A stretch of 64,000 nucleotides of DNA from a virus, in IMG/VR virus record IMGVR_UViG_3300011116_000416, positions 21,615 through 85,614 of that record; one strand, 5' to 3'. The notes beneath the pieces are model-generated. The model searched no databases. It was not told where the DNA came from and saw only the letters and a list, made by a program, of their open reading frames with translations. Shown here piece by piece: positions 37,801 through 46,117 of the stretch (the stretch's first letter is position 1; each line of letters opens with the position of its first letter). The position numbers and the translations under genes were made by a program.

Positions 37801-38430
37801 TGCAGCCGCTGTACCAGCCATTGTTAGAGGTACGGTAAAACCAACCATAAGCTGACGACCAGCCCATTGTGTGTTTTTACCAAAGTTTAGAAGATTTGTA
37901 GAGCCTTGTTTTAAAAGCTGATTTAATAGTTGCTGTCTTTGTGCTGCAATCTGTGTTTTAGTAGATAAATTCTCCATGTCGAGAATTAAGGGTCTTACCT
38001 TAATTGCTCGCATTGCACCATTTGCATCACGACCAAGTTTGATGTATTGGGTTTGTAGGTCTTTTACTCTTTCACGAGCAACCTTGTTTATTGTTTCAAA
38101 CTCTGTTTTAAAGAATCTTCCAAAAGACCTGGATGATGCACCAGCATATCTAAAATATTCTCCAAGAGAAAGTTTATTCTTTTCAAGTGAATCTGTGAAC
38201 TGTTCAGCAGATGATTTTACTGTTGTCATGCTAGCAGCAAATTTGTTGGTAGCATTAATAGAGTTTATTAAGTTTTGCTGTAGATTTCTTGCTTCCGCTG
38301 CGGCTTGAGCACCGCCTTTGGACATTTGGGTGTGGAAGGCTGAGATTTGAGTCTGAAGTTGCTTGATACTAGCCAATGCAGCACTAGTATCAATATTAAC
38401 TTTAATATTGGACTGAATTTCGTCAGCCAT
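31876..38430 (-). CDS. tape measure protein with an internal enzyme-like cassette
   Basis: 2184 aa; TP901-type core (G..ASEGANALKS.L..L), hydrophobic segments, three FAxGG..D.(I/V).AM...GE motifs. Confidence 0.93.
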   Translation of the reverse strand: MADEIQSNIKVNIDTSAALASIKQLQTQISAFHTQMSKGGAQAAAEARNLQQNLINSINATNKFAASMTTVKSSAEQFTDSLEKNKLSLGEYFRYAGASSRSFGRFFKTEFETINKVARERVKDLQTQYIKLGRDANGAMRAIKVRPLILDMENLSTKTQIAAQRQQLLNQLLKQGSTNLLNFGKNTQWAGRQLMVGFTVPLTMAGTAAAKSFMEMEKAAIKFKRVYGDMFTTTEETNKVFNDIKKIAMEFTKFGLTVQDTMDMAATAAATGATGAKLLAQVTQANKLATLGAIDQQQALQTTISLVDAFGISAEDLTKKIDFLNAVENQTITSIEDLTIAIPKAAPVVRQLGGDVEDLTFFLTAMKEGGVNASEGANALKSGLASLINPTAKTSAMMKQMGIDINAIVEKDQGNLKQTVLNFASALDTLDPLNRARAIEQMFGKFQFSRLSTLFKNVADENSQANRVMELAARTPQQLAYISQKEMEKMQESTMYKFQESVAKLQAAMAPIGEQFMKVVTPIIDGITKILNAFNNLPDSVKNFAMILVAGVGGLGPVLLMTFGLIANGVANLIKLFANLKDFFNRTGKSSLDLGSQTKYMTTKQIEAAAVGASLEQVHSKLQQRFTVEAKAVDQLTAAYGRSIAAQRAFMGPIVSGDGTKRKAFAKGGIVRGPGTGTSDSIPAMLSNGEAVIPAKQTAKYSGLIQNMIMDNLPRFAAGGVINTAMANARSLFQLFGGKAAASRTPTLAFKMRGDALGQFIQEGQYKSLFHGVRSSAQDTQSQRALIEKATMGVPVGSGAGQRPVYGFLTSKEMVPTYYGTLYQGGTPTQLKKDSFGTHDPLTPEQRIEEEFLRLINPQSVALRKYGENTLFLKPEALARASISFGDTLTIWEQALKLGKKVPLVRKLFQTNKSSLAKTLKASKSIYKDSKMGAIPYIEAHLPGGFSIQDVERIGISNDFPERTAAKIVEVQKLLKENGLENISVFDLGTSSRELGKMFTSKHNYLANGGIISGPGSGTSDSILAMVSNGEAIIPAKQAQKYSGIVKGMIADSLPKFAKGTAGLKIKGPNDPTRAQASHLDILQAESLSSTLSEMIDLSPEIAEAKVMVYEIKQGAKGITEARQRHMTLLETIKQGYGTLFGTGRLYGGTTIPEAANINMAYNPLGIKGRASTLEASSEQGKLADERLLKIKNGEIKAREEEVSALKELSNRGTVASKALADVANADNERVAFARKTAKEALEASLISKQGLSVEKARIEAERLLTEQDKKIAALRTQGLTGSELSRKSALAYLTPSVINPYGKNVTSFSGTTSAEDRIKFATRAMATGTSEIYTPERFARRTGDVRRQARLVQLMGPWMGAGSGASRGKFAYEVEAIVEAAATNIIQQVQASAKEGVQKGFKKSTRMASPSREADAIGQNYGQSLNAGAKKKIKEAVITGEQLGAAATQGMRNGIAASSGTKYIPGMFATDFDGQGGILQGPRQGTRLERFKSRFNYALNSGVGRASAGLQKIDRNRVMGVGFGLSSTVGMASMMPGPVGQIAGQAAGPVMLMSTLTSMFPNLISGFGALLPAITPLLPVFGGLALAVGGLTLLYNQEQERKKKEYKAIHDLGNAATLTSKKIKTLGDFFGIAPNEKSPLETAKISAGLTKDVGQMQSTAALLGLPEFKKEFGSTIDALKKATAEETRNLMTSLTVGLRGKGFKDDMIQTVMNALRQSSGKSNIAFDVNKITNKAVQENIGYQISTAEKIVAANMPKPVSGQTGYYGTKAQDFGRYNFGNNQRTPEQLKTDKALYTTGANLSTMLKGFSSQFKEGTLDIKAFNAQFDNLGEKLNNIKDKSVAIKLLNIAVNNLPSSIKTTVQGLKDINDKLLIIKASSLGIEVTKSQADILSGKGKLAGASPRVQEAAKQWTRNSLTNAISEIMDAITDSLEQQKTPAEIAQDIAIKKQSRLNAAMTLLGKQEDAINKKYDARLKKLDEIQKANDKIAQQQRGQLDLADALSRGDISAAAGIVTGIRAQNAQSALEDQRAGINAAREAELAGATVTVGGKKYTKQDLQEMLNALEYADLTKTLGSGSFAGYARKPFAKGGLVSYFAFGGAARGTDIVPAMLTPGEFVIKKSAVDRIGAAKLGSINNGASIGDSVYNYSINVNVRSDSNPDTIAQAVLTQIRRIDNMRVRGNTI

Positions 38431-38449
38431 CCATGAACACCCTCTTTAA

Positions 38450-38767
38450 TTAAATATTACCAAGAAGCGATGTGCCTGACAAATCAATGCCAGATGCTTC
38501 GTTGATAATCTTATAAACCATCGGAAGATTCAAGATTTCTTCCAGGTCAACCTCTTTTTCCAAGAGCTTTGGCTCATATTGTTTTAGTGCAATTTTCACA
38601 CACTCTACAAGCAAAGCCAAAGATTTTTCGTTGTCTTCAGCGACCGCAGAGATTTCATCAAACTTCTTCATAAATTCACGAAGAAGAGAAATCTTCAGTG
38701 GTCTAACTGTGATGGATGTTCCATCAAGTAGTTCTACTGTTGTTGCTTCATTAACAGTTACTGCCAT
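38450..38767 (-). CDS. tail assembly chaperone, short form
   Basis: Between tail tube and TMP; paralogous to the N-terminal half of 38815..39522; AAGGAGG SD. Confidence 0.75.
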   Translation of the reverse strand: MAVTVNEATTVELLDGTSITVRPLKISLLREFMKKFDEISAVAEDNEKSLALLVECVKIALKQYEPKLLEKEVDLEEILNLPMVYKIINEASGIDLSGTSLLGNI

Positions 38768-38814
38768 TATTCCTCCTTTTAAGGTCTTATTAAATTATAA
38801 CATAAATAAGGCTT

Positions 38815-39522
38815 TTATTCTGTCATTACTTCGTAATCAAGTCCCATGCCTATACCAAATCCAAGCTGTTGTGCTCTTACTCCCTGTAGTGCTGTTACAT
38901 CATTAGGATTGCCATCACCAATACCGCTTAATTTTGCCGAAACTCTTGCTTTCATTGCTTCCCAAGGGTCTTCTTGAGCCTTTCCGCTAGCTTCATCAAG
39001 GTCTATGCCTTTTAGTGATGCTGTAAATTTTTTATCTTGATAATCTGATTCTCGTTTAGATTCTAATGTTGCAAATAATTCTGCTAATGATAATGACTTT
39101 TCTAGTTCTTCATAATCCTTCCAAATTCCCAACAAGAATATTTCTGATTCTAACTTTGCTAAATCCAGGGTATCCCAAGTACTTTTACTTTTAGAATCAC
39201 TGTCTATATTATTATTCTCTTTTGAGCCATTTTCGTCAGTTGTAAATTTAATACCAGAACAATATTCAATCAGATTATACATATTCTTCATGTCTAGCGA
39301 ATCTTCTAGCTGTTCTTTGGTTTTTATTATTGGGTAATATTGAGCCATAGCAATTAGGGAGCATTCAATGAGTACATCCAATGGGTCTTCTGTGGTTGGT
39401 TTATCTAATTCGTCAAACTTGTCCATAAACTGCCTTAGATAGTATATCTTTAGTGGACCTATCAAAAGGGCTGTGCCATCAATCAGCTCTATGTACTTTG
39501 TTTCATATATTTTTGTGCTCAT
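38815..39522 (-). CDS. tail assembly chaperone, long form
   Basis: N-half matches the short form; C-half W..LDLA.LE.E.FLLG.WK.Y.ELE is GT-like. Confidence 0.7.
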   Translation of the reverse strand: MSTKIYETKYIELIDGTALLIGPLKIYYLRQFMDKFDELDKPTTEDPLDVLIECSLIAMAQYYPIIKTKEQLEDSLDMKNMYNLIEYCSGIKFTTDENGSKENNNIDSDSKSKSTWDTLDLAKLESEIFLLGIWKDYEELEKSLSLAELFATLESKRESDYQDKKFTASLKGIDLDEASGKAQEDPWEAMKARVSAKLSGIGDGNPNDVTALQGVRAQQLGFGIGMGLDYEVMTE

Positions 39523-39536
39523 TTATCTATTATAGC

Positions 39537-39567
39537 AAAAACTGCCCCAGGAATCCCCAGGGCAGTT
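39537..39567 (-). terminator. intrinsic terminator after the major tail gene
   Basis: AACTGCCC..GG..CC..GGGCAGTT followed by TTT. Confidence 0.75.
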
Positions 39568-39592
39568 CTCTATATTCAATTATTATTAAATT

Positions 39593-40300
39593 TTAGTAGG
39601 TGCGGTCGATAATCTTTCCGTAAGCACCAGAGTCATCTGGTAGAAGGCGGAACTCTACATCGAACATGCTTGCAGCATCACGCTTTGCAGAAACAGTTAC
39701 AGAGCTAATCGAGATAACTCGATATGCAATGTATACACGCTCTGTCTGGTCTGTTGTACCAGCACCAGAAGCAAACGCTGCCTGTGGTCCAGGACCAACA
39801 GCAACCAAGCTTCTTTCTACTGGGTAATCACCCAAGTCACCAGAAGTAAGGTCGATGTATCTACCCTGAGAAGTTGAACCTTCTGTCCACGATGGAACAG
39901 TTACAGTTACAACAGTTCCGCTTGCAGTTGCACCAGTTGTGTAGCTGTTTACGGAACCCTTCTGACCGATAGAAATTAGAAGATTTTCTAATGTTGCCTC
40001 GGCAAAAGATGTTCTCAGAGTTACTGTCATTCCAGACTTGAAAAGCTTTGCTACGTCTAGAAGCTGGTCCACCATTACATCACCAAATGTTGGGTTAAAT
40101 GTAATGTCAACACCATTGCTTGTGTAGCCAACGTTAGTTACGTTAGCTGAGTTTGTACAGATATCCTTGTAAGAAACACCGTTAGTAAAAGCTGGCTGGT
40201 TAGTAGTTGATGTACTAGTCCAAGTTTTATCTGGTTTCGACAAGAATAGAGCAGCAGCACCAACGATGATGTTGGCGTTTGTACCTCTTGAATATGCCAT
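39593..40300 (-). CDS. major tail tube protein
   Basis: NIIVGAA.L, VGYT..G, VDQLLD, AEATLENL, FRLLPD..YGKI.DR; own promoter and terminator. Confidence 0.85.
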   Translation of the reverse strand: MAYSRGTNANIIVGAAALFLSKPDKTWTSTSTTNQPAFTNGVSYKDICTNSANVTNVGYTSNGVDITFNPTFGDVMVDQLLDVAKLFKSGMTVTLRTSFAEATLENLLISIGQKGSVNSYTTGATASGTVVTVTVPSWTEGSTSQGRYIDLTSGDLGDYPVERSLVAVGPGPQAAFASGAGTTDQTERVYIAYRVISISSVTVSAKRDAASMFDVEFRLLPDDSGAYGKIIDRTY

Positions 40301-40366
40301 ATTTTTTCACCTCTTATTCATATGCAAAATATGGGCGTGTTTCCTCTGTATAATTATACCATGCTT

Positions 40367-40891
40367 TTATGGTTGTTCCATCATGTGGTAATCGTAATAA
40401 ATGATTATCTTATTACCAGCATAAGTTCTGGCTGTGCCAAAGTCGATAACGTCTCTGGTTTCTTGCAGCTGAAATACTTTAAAACTATGGAATATAAAGT
40501 TTGGCTCAATTGATGTTCCGTCAACTGTGATTGACCCCTTTGTTCCACACCATCTGTTTAGTTCATCTGCTGTTTCATCTTCACGGTCCATTAACCTTAG
40601 CGTTTCTTCTGTAATCTTTACCATGTTTAATACCGAATTTTCTGCTGTTGCATAGAAATAGTACAGCAACTGTTCGCACTTGATGTGTGGGAATGGACTT
40701 TTACGCATTCTTATCATGCGGTCATAGGTAGCCATTACACCGCTTGATGGGAATGATTCTGTGAGGTTGTTGATTGTGGATGGTACCGATGGAAAAAATG
40801 GCATTGTGTCAAAGCCCAGTGTTTCTAGCTTTTCCTGCAAATATGCATTTATCCATAGCACTGGTGTGTTTAATACCGATGTTTTAGACAT
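40367..40891 (-). CDS. tail terminator / completion protein
   Basis: Position immediately upstream of the tail tube gene. Confidence 0.5.
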   Translation of the reverse strand: MSKTSVLNTPVLWINAYLQEKLETLGFDTMPFFPSVPSTINNLTESFPSSGVMATYDRMIRMRKSPFPHIKCEQLLYYFYATAENSVLNMVKITEETLRLMDREDETADELNRWCGTKGSITVDGTSIEPNFIFHSFKVFQLQETRDVIDFGTARTYAGNKIIIYYDYHMMEQP

Positions 40892-41564
40892 TTAGACCTC
40901 CTGCATTAGCAATCCAATTATATCCTACTTCCAAACCTTTTGCTTTACCTCCAGTTTTTGCGGCACGAAGGTTGTCGTTATATGGCTTGGCGTTTGATAA
41001 ATACTTTCTAATTCCAGTTGCCTCTAGCACGGATTGCCTAAAATGGTCTTTAAAGAAGTTAATAAATATTCTTTCAAATGAGCCAACGACTCTAGTTCCT
41101 CCTGGATTGTCAATAAGCACTGGACCAGAAACAAAGATATCTTCTGTTCCTATGTTAAACTTAAGAGCCTTGGCTGTCTTTGGTTTAATCCTAACAGAGA
41201 TGCCCTTTTCCATAATTGTTGCTTTGTTATAAAATGGAACATTTGAGCCATTCTTGATAGATGTTGATTGCTTTAATGTGCCATAAAACGATATGCCACC
41301 GCCACTAACTGAGTAGTCTATGTCAAACAATCTACCTTCTGGTGAGCCTTCCATGTACCATTCATAGATGTGGTGATACATTTCTGGACTTACCCTGGCT
41401 TGCTGGTCTATAAACTGTTTAAGGATTTCGATAGTGTCTTTTGCTATTGCTTTGGCAAATTCTGGCTTTGCTTTTTCTGCACCCTCTAGAAATCCTTCAG
41501 AGTATCCAAGGATATTCTCCATATCTCTAAAGAATTGCTTATCATCAAACTTAACAGTTATCAT
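40884..41564 (-). CDS. neck / tail completion protein
   Basis: Position in the head-tail block; HH.YEW...G...RLF motif. Confidence 0.5.
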   Translation of the reverse strand: MITVKFDDKQFFRDMENILGYSEGFLEGAEKAKPEFAKAIAKDTIEILKQFIDQQARVSPEMYHHIYEWYMEGSPEGRLFDIDYSVSGGGISFYGTLKQSTSIKNGSNVPFYNKATIMEKGISVRIKPKTAKALKFNIGTEDIFVSGPVLIDNPGGTRVVGSFERIFINFFKDHFRQSVLEATGIRKYLSNAKPYNDNLRAAKTGGKAKGLEVGYNWIANAGGLNV

Positions 41565-42007
41565 AGGTCTACCGCCTGATTGTCTGAACGAGTAATGACT
41601 AATTTGTAGTGGTCAACGTTGCCAAAAGGACCAACTACTGGATTTGATGTCGATAGCTCAAAGATTGTTGGCTGACCCTTTCTTGGTCCTGCTGACTCTG
41701 TGTAAATATAGTTTCCTTGACTATCCCTAATATTAGTGATGACAATGTTGGTTATAGCATATAAGTCATTGCCGTTTGATGCAGTTAAGTCATTTCTTGT
41801 TCTTCCAACATAGGAGTTGTCTATGGTAATGTTTGGCTCTGGTCTAACGTCTTCTTTAAACTTTCTACCTGCTGGATTAAAGAAACAAGCAATTGTTCTA
41901 TCTAAAACCCACTGCTTTTTTAGATTACCATAAGCACCTGTTTCAATTATAGGATAGTAAACATCTGCTAAAAGTGGATAGATAAAATCGGTATTTTCGC
42001 ATATCAT
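41561..42007 (-). CDS. head-tail joining (stopper-like) protein
   Basis: Position after the adaptor; 148 aa, beta-rich. Confidence 0.5.
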   Translation of the reverse strand: MICENTDFIYPLLADVYYPIIETGAYGNLKKQWVLDRTIACFFNPAGRKFKEDVRPEPNITIDNSYVGRTRNDLTASNGNDLYAITNIVITNIRDSQGNYIYTESAGPRKGQPTIFELSTSNPVVGPFGNVDHYKLVITRSDNQAVDL

Positions 42008-43149
42008 TATAGTACTGATGGCTTGAAGTTGCTGCCCTTATAGTTGTTAAGAATCTTATCAACGAGCATGTTGCCAGTTCCTTCCAAGAATTGTGGAGCA
42101 AATTTAATGTTGAATTGGTCAGTGCTATATTGCGTGACGAAACGCTTATAATAGTCGTTTGTACCACATTTTAGCTCTTCTACAAGAATTGTTGCTGCTC
42201 TCTCTACATCTGGTGGAATAGTCTTGTGTCCAGCATCAAGAACAAAGGTGTAGTCGTAGCCTTCTGGGAATGCAACATAGCCACTTCTAGAACCAGAATA
42301 TAGACCCAAGTCTCCAGTAGCAGCTGGTATCCTTAATGGCGTTGATTCACTCCTATTATAAATTCCATTTGCCTCTACCCTCGCAATAGCAGAGCCATCT
42401 AGCAAAGTTTTGTATTCATATTCCCAAATTCTAGTGACAGTACCAGCGGTTGTAATATTGCCTGTTGTAGAGTTTGCAAAACTAAAAGATGTCGTTGTTG
42501 GAACAGCAGTAACTACAAATGTTCCACGATATCCAGTAGGAACAACTGTTGCAATAACTACTACATCACCGACTTCAAAACCATGTGCTGAAGCGGTAGT
42601 TAGGGTTACTGTTCCAGACGATGTGGTTGGGGTTTGAGTATTTAGAGTAATGGCTACATCTTCGCCATTATAAACAAGCACATTGTTTTCGTATACTTTT
42701 AAAACTTTATTAACAGGGTGCCAAATAGGAAAGTAGTCCCCACCCTGACCTTCTTTTACAATAACTAGTTTGTGATTATAAAAATCTGCGTTTCCTAGAT
42801 ATTGGTCCATAATTGACCTTGCAATAATTTCCCACTTTTTATATTCGGCAATGTCTTCTGCTGTAGTTGCAAGGTCATTTGGATTTACATATGGTCTATA
42901 AACCGTCAAGTTGTCATCGATAACTATTTCACCAGACGAATCAGTTACCTTAAATAAAAAGTCTCTGTCATACTGAACTTTTGATTTTGGCAAAACATAG
43001 GAAATCTTTTTGTTAGCATCTGAGGTTAATGTTGTGGTTTCAAATGAGTGGTCCACCAAATCCTCTACATAAACAGAGTATGCTGTATTTGCAGCTGGCA
43101 CTGTCCATTGAGTTGTAATAGGATATGGTGGAACCCTCAAAACTTCCAT
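42007..43149 (-). CDS. head-tail adaptor with an inserted beta-module
   Basis: C-terminal G....P.DV..A..L...GTGN..VD.IL..Y (gp15/gp6-like); insertion at about 42430-42660. Confidence 0.7.
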   Translation of the reverse strand: MEVLRVPPYPITTQWTVPAANTAYSVYVEDLVDHSFETTTLTSDANKKISYVLPKSKVQYDRDFLFKVTDSSGEIVIDDNLTVYRPYVNPNDLATTAEDIAEYKKWEIIARSIMDQYLGNADFYNHKLVIVKEGQGGDYFPIWHPVNKVLKVYENNVLVYNGEDVAITLNTQTPTTSSGTVTLTTASAHGFEVGDVVVIATVVPTGYRGTFVVTAVPTTTSFSFANSTTGNITTAGTVTRIWEYEYKTLLDGSAIARVEANGIYNRSESTPLRIPAATGDLGLYSGSRSGYVAFPEGYDYTFVLDAGHKTIPPDVERAATILVEELKCGTNDYYKRFVTQYSTDQFNIKFAPQFLEGTGNMLVDKILNNYKGSNFKPSVL

Positions 43150-43520
43150 TAACCGAAGACCTCCGCAACCTCAGTTGGAGTTGCTAGTCTAACGCCACGC
43201 TGTGCTACCCAGAAATCTACATGCTTCTGTGGCACAATGTTATAACCAATATTTAGCTTTCCAAATCCTTCTGCGTATAGATTTCTTTCAGAAAATAGGG
43301 CTACCTTTGTGGTCTTTGATGGCTCTACTACTGGTGCTTCTACCTTTGGTGCTGCTTTCTTTACTTTTGCTGTACCGCTAGCAATTGCACCAGTATCTAG
43401 ATTACCGATTGTAGGAACTTCTTTTTCTTTTTCGACTGTTGATTCGATAACTACTTCAGCTGTAACTTTTTCTTCTACAACTGGAGTTTCTACAACGTCT
43501 TTTTCGTTTTTTTCTGACAT
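43149..43520 (-). CDS. hypothetical head-associated protein
   Basis: Low-complexity N-terminus; G.L..GYNIV..W...VRLATP.EVA C-terminal domain; strong SD and own promoter. Confidence 0.7.
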   Translation of the reverse strand: MSEKNEKDVVETPVVEEKVTAEVVIESTVEKEKEVPTIGNLDTGAIASGTAKVKKAAPKVEAPVVEPSKTTKVALFSERNLYAEGFGKLNIGYNIVPQKHVDFWVAQRGVRLATPTEVAEVFG

Positions 43521-43565
43521 GAAAAAACCTCCTTAATTATTTTAATTATACCAGATAAATATGTG

Positions 43566-43595
43566 AAAGGGGGTAGAGATTTTAGTCCCTACCCC
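43566..43595 (-). terminator. intrinsic terminator after the capsid gene
   Basis: GGGGTAG(G/A)GA..TCTCTACCCC followed by TTT. Confidence 0.7.
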
Positions 43596-43620
43596 CAGTC
43601 AAAGGGAACACTAAACAGAA

Positions 43621-44784
43621 TTAGTCTGTTGTTGTGTCTGCGAATGCAACTGCATCCAGTTCTTCCCAGGCAAGCCCGAAACGAACGAAGACAGTGTATT
43701 CAATTGTGTCCTTCTTAGGAACATAGAAACGGTTCACAGTGATGTCTCTCTGGAAGCCCCAAATACGGTTCTGTGGGAATGTAAGGTCTACATAACCAGT
43801 AGGGTAGTAAGGAACTTCTAGAACAGGAACACCTAGAACACGAGTCTGACGAGCACCACCAAATGTTTGGTTAGCACCGCCAATGAACTCACCACGAGTA
43901 CCTTCGGTCGAACCGATAGTTGAGTATACAGTAGCGTTGTTCTTGACAATGTTTGCAAATGTGTCTGTACCAGCATAGAACTTTAGTCCATTAGTGATGG
44001 CACGGTATCTGCGTGGCAAGGCAAGAATCAAAGCTTGCATCCTCTCGGTTGTCCAATCGGTAAATGCTGCGTTAGAACCAACAAGTGTAGTGTTGATTAC
44101 TTCGTGAGCCTTTCCAAGGTTAGTACCAGTTCCAATGTTTGGAGTGGTCTTAACCTGGTTGATGAATCCATTCATAATGCTTAGGAACGAACCTGTAGAA
44201 CCGTCACCGTTAATAGCTAGGTCTTCGATATCGTTACCGAAAGCGTTGGTCATCAAGCGAACCAAGTGGTCCTCAAGAGCAGCACCCTCAAGGTTGTCCT
44301 CAAGAGCCTCAGATGATACTTCCCAGTCAAGGCGTAGCTTCTTTGTGGTAAGCTCTACCTTTGAGAATGTTGCACCTGTGTTGGTGTAAGTTGAAACACC
44401 CTGGCTAGCAGCACGGACTACACGTTCTCCAACGTTAATCTTCTCTAGTTCCATTGTGTTTGCTCTCATTGTTACTCTGCGTCCGTCCTGTGCAAGTGTG
44501 GTTGCGTCCCAAACATAGTCGATAAATCGTCTTGCCTGTTCAGGGCGTAGGATACCAGTACCTGGATAAGTTGGACTTGCAGTAGCCGATGGGTTTACAC
44601 CATTTGCTCCTGTGGTAACACCAAAGTTAGCGGTTGGGCTGTTACCCATGTAAGTACCGTGCTCTGAGAAAGCACCTGTACCTGAAGACACGCTATCTGA
44701 TGTACCGAAAGCACCTTCAGCGTTAGGGTAGTTAGATACTGGGCTAGCACCTGAAGGCATGTTTTTGATAATTTCTTCTGACAT
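43621..44784 (-). CDS. major capsid protein (HK97 fold)
   Basis: GIL.PEQA.RFIDY, E.LEDN.EG, D.EDLAINGD; GGAGGTG SD. Confidence 0.9.
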   Translation of the reverse strand: MSEEIIKNMPSGASPVSNYPNAEGAFGTSDSVSSGTGAFSEHGTYMGNSPTANFGVTTGANGVNPSATASPTYPGTGILRPEQARRFIDYVWDATTLAQDGRRVTMRANTMELEKINVGERVVRAASQGVSTYTNTGATFSKVELTTKKLRLDWEVSSEALEDNLEGAALEDHLVRLMTNAFGNDIEDLAINGDGSTGSFLSIMNGFINQVKTTPNIGTGTNLGKAHEVINTTLVGSNAAFTDWTTERMQALILALPRRYRAITNGLKFYAGTDTFANIVKNNATVYSTIGSTEGTRGEFIGGANQTFGGARQTRVLGVPVLEVPYYPTGYVDLTFPQNRIWGFQRDITVNRFYVPKKDTIEYTVFVRFGLAWEELDAVAFADTTTD

Positions 44785-44808
44785 TTTATTTTTCACCTCC
44801 TGAGTGAG

Positions 44809-46053
44809 TTATTTTAGTAAATCGGATGTTGTGAGGAAACTTCCGCCCCATACTGATTTTTCCACCAGTACTGGTTCCTGAACGACCTCTCCAAGGTCGC
44901 CAGACTTGCGGAAAGCGGTGTCTGCTTCTACTGCATCCAGACGCTTTCCAAGATTGTTGAAGTCTGATTCTGCATCTGCAACTACTGCGGATACATAACC
45001 AAGTGACTTCTTTAGTTCAGCAATTTCATTCTTTAGGGATTCATTTGCATCCGCTAAAGACTTAATAACTGCTGCGACATCGCTAAAGGCTGTTGTTACA
45101 GTCGTGCTAAGTTCAGTAACTGCCTTGGCAATTTCCTCGTCTGAACCATGTACTTCTTCTACAACTTCTTCTACATGTGCTGGCTCGGCTACTTCTGCAA
45201 CCTCTTCAACAACTTCTTCTGTAGCAGGAGCGTCAACAACTTCTGCCTCTGGAGCGACATCTACTGATTCAACGTTTTCGTTTTCAGCCATGTTATCATT
45301 CTCCTTTTTGATAATCTTAGAAGTATTAATGCCTTTAGCACTATCAACTAAGAACTTAATCATGTCGAGTTTTTCATCATCTGATTTCTCAACAAAACCT
45401 ATATTTTGCATAGGCAAACCATTTATTGGACTATTTACAGCCTCTTCTTCAGAAATCGTAACAAGACCAGACTCTTTGTCCCAGAATACATTCTCAATTT
45501 GTGTTTCTGCTACTTGTCCTGTTACTTTATCTACCCCATCAACTTTCTCTACGGAAAGGATATTTGCAAATTGATTTGCTGGGCTATCTACTAGAGATAA
45601 TTCTGTTAGGTCATAATCCTTGATAATTCTAACGGTTGAGTCTGATTTTTCGTCATAGGCATCGTCCCATTTATTCATCTTACCGCCAATAGAAAATCCA
45701 GTAAGTGTTCCATCTAAAACTTTTTCCCAAGTATCTGGTGCACCCTTAGAAACGTATGCAGATACATAAACACCCTGATAAAACTTTTTGCTTTCTGGGT
45801 CAAAGTACTTGTCTTCCTTAAAAGATACCATCTTACCAACTGCTTTAGGTTGGTGCATTTCACGGATGTTTCCACGAAATTTAGCAAAGGCTTTCTTACT
45901 AGCTTCTGGGGTAACGATATCATTTTGTCTATCAACATTGTCCAAGGTAGCAAAGCCTGATACAATACGCTTTTCAGAATCTACCTTGCTGAATGGCATG
46001 GAGATACGAACCTTATCTCCGTCCATATCCCAATTTGCTTTAGAAATGTCCAT
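44809..46053 (-). CDS. prohead protease fused to a scaffold domain
   Basis: R.VSGFAT...D...D, REMH, GFSIGG, ELSLVDSPAN; acidic coiled-coil C-half. Confidence 0.9.
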   Translation of the reverse strand: MDISKANWDMDGDKVRISMPFSKVDSEKRIVSGFATLDNVDRQNDIVTPEASKKAFAKFRGNIREMHQPKAVGKMVSFKEDKYFDPESKKFYQGVYVSAYVSKGAPDTWEKVLDGTLTGFSIGGKMNKWDDAYDEKSDSTVRIIKDYDLTELSLVDSPANQFANILSVEKVDGVDKVTGQVAETQIENVFWDKESGLVTISEEEAVNSPINGLPMQNIGFVEKSDDEKLDMIKFLVDSAKGINTSKIIKKENDNMAENENVESVDVAPEAEVVDAPATEEVVEEVAEVAEPAHVEEVVEEVHGSDEEIAKAVTELSTTVTTAFSDVAAVIKSLADANESLKNEIAELKKSLGYVSAVVADAESDFNNLGKRLDAVEADTAFRKSGDLGEVVQEPVLVEKSVWGGSFLTTSDLLK

Positions 46054-46117
46054 GTATCTAATTATAGCCCCTTTTTATAACGATGTTATACATTTGTTAT
46101 TATACCATCATTTTTAG

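Noticed and set aside
38767-38830. Classical G/GT frameshift between the two chaperone ORFs
   Set aside because: The ORFs do not overlap, the second has its own promoter and SD, and no slippery heptamer is seen at the end of the first.
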